Positions 61,119-64,000 of a stretch of 64,000 bases of DNA are shown here, one piece after another. The number at the start of each line of letters is the position of its first letter. Position 1 is the stretch's first letter. Under the pieces are notes generated by a model. The model was not told the origin of the DNA. It did not search any database and saw only the letters and a program-made list of their open reading frames with translations. The translations under genes and the position numbers were made by a program. Origin of the DNA: Escherichia phage vB_EcoM_G10400; the sequence record MK327937.1. One strand, given 5' to 3'.

Positions 61119-64000
<2,882 letters not shown>

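Overview
This window is a contiguous segment of a T-even (T4-like) Escherichia myovirus genome, colinear with phage T4 from gene 46 to gene 17 but not identical to it (the lysozyme, alpha-glucosyltransferase and gp55 proteins differ from T4 by a few residues as I recall them). Positions 1-43,700 carry early/middle genes on the minus strand: recombination nuclease 47/46, a-gt, late sigma factor gp55, the anaerobic nucleotide-reductase block nrdH-nrdG-nrdD, endonuclease VII, nrdC, eleven nrdC-proximal ORFs of unknown function, tk, regB, a host-like grcA gene, denV, lysozyme e, nudE, a tRNA cluster, 57B/57A and genes 1-3-2-4. Positions 43,700-64,000 carry the late baseplate/tail/neck/terminase genes 53 through 17 on the plus strand. 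Seven tRNAs were folded by hand; T4-type early promoters, TATAAATA late promoters and tetraloop terminator hairpins recur throughout. No single clearly undescribed system could be established from sequence alone. The most interesting loci are a nucleotidyltransferase-like ORF beside an AAA-like ATPase, a macro-domain protein, a GC-rich host-derived half of the grcA-like gene, an HNH endonuclease where tRNA-Gln would be expected, an intron-less nrdD with a GIY-YIG endonuclease abutting it, and three divergent internal-protein candidates, one bracketed by a duplicated terminator. Product names rest on motif recognition and synteny from memory; no database search was run.
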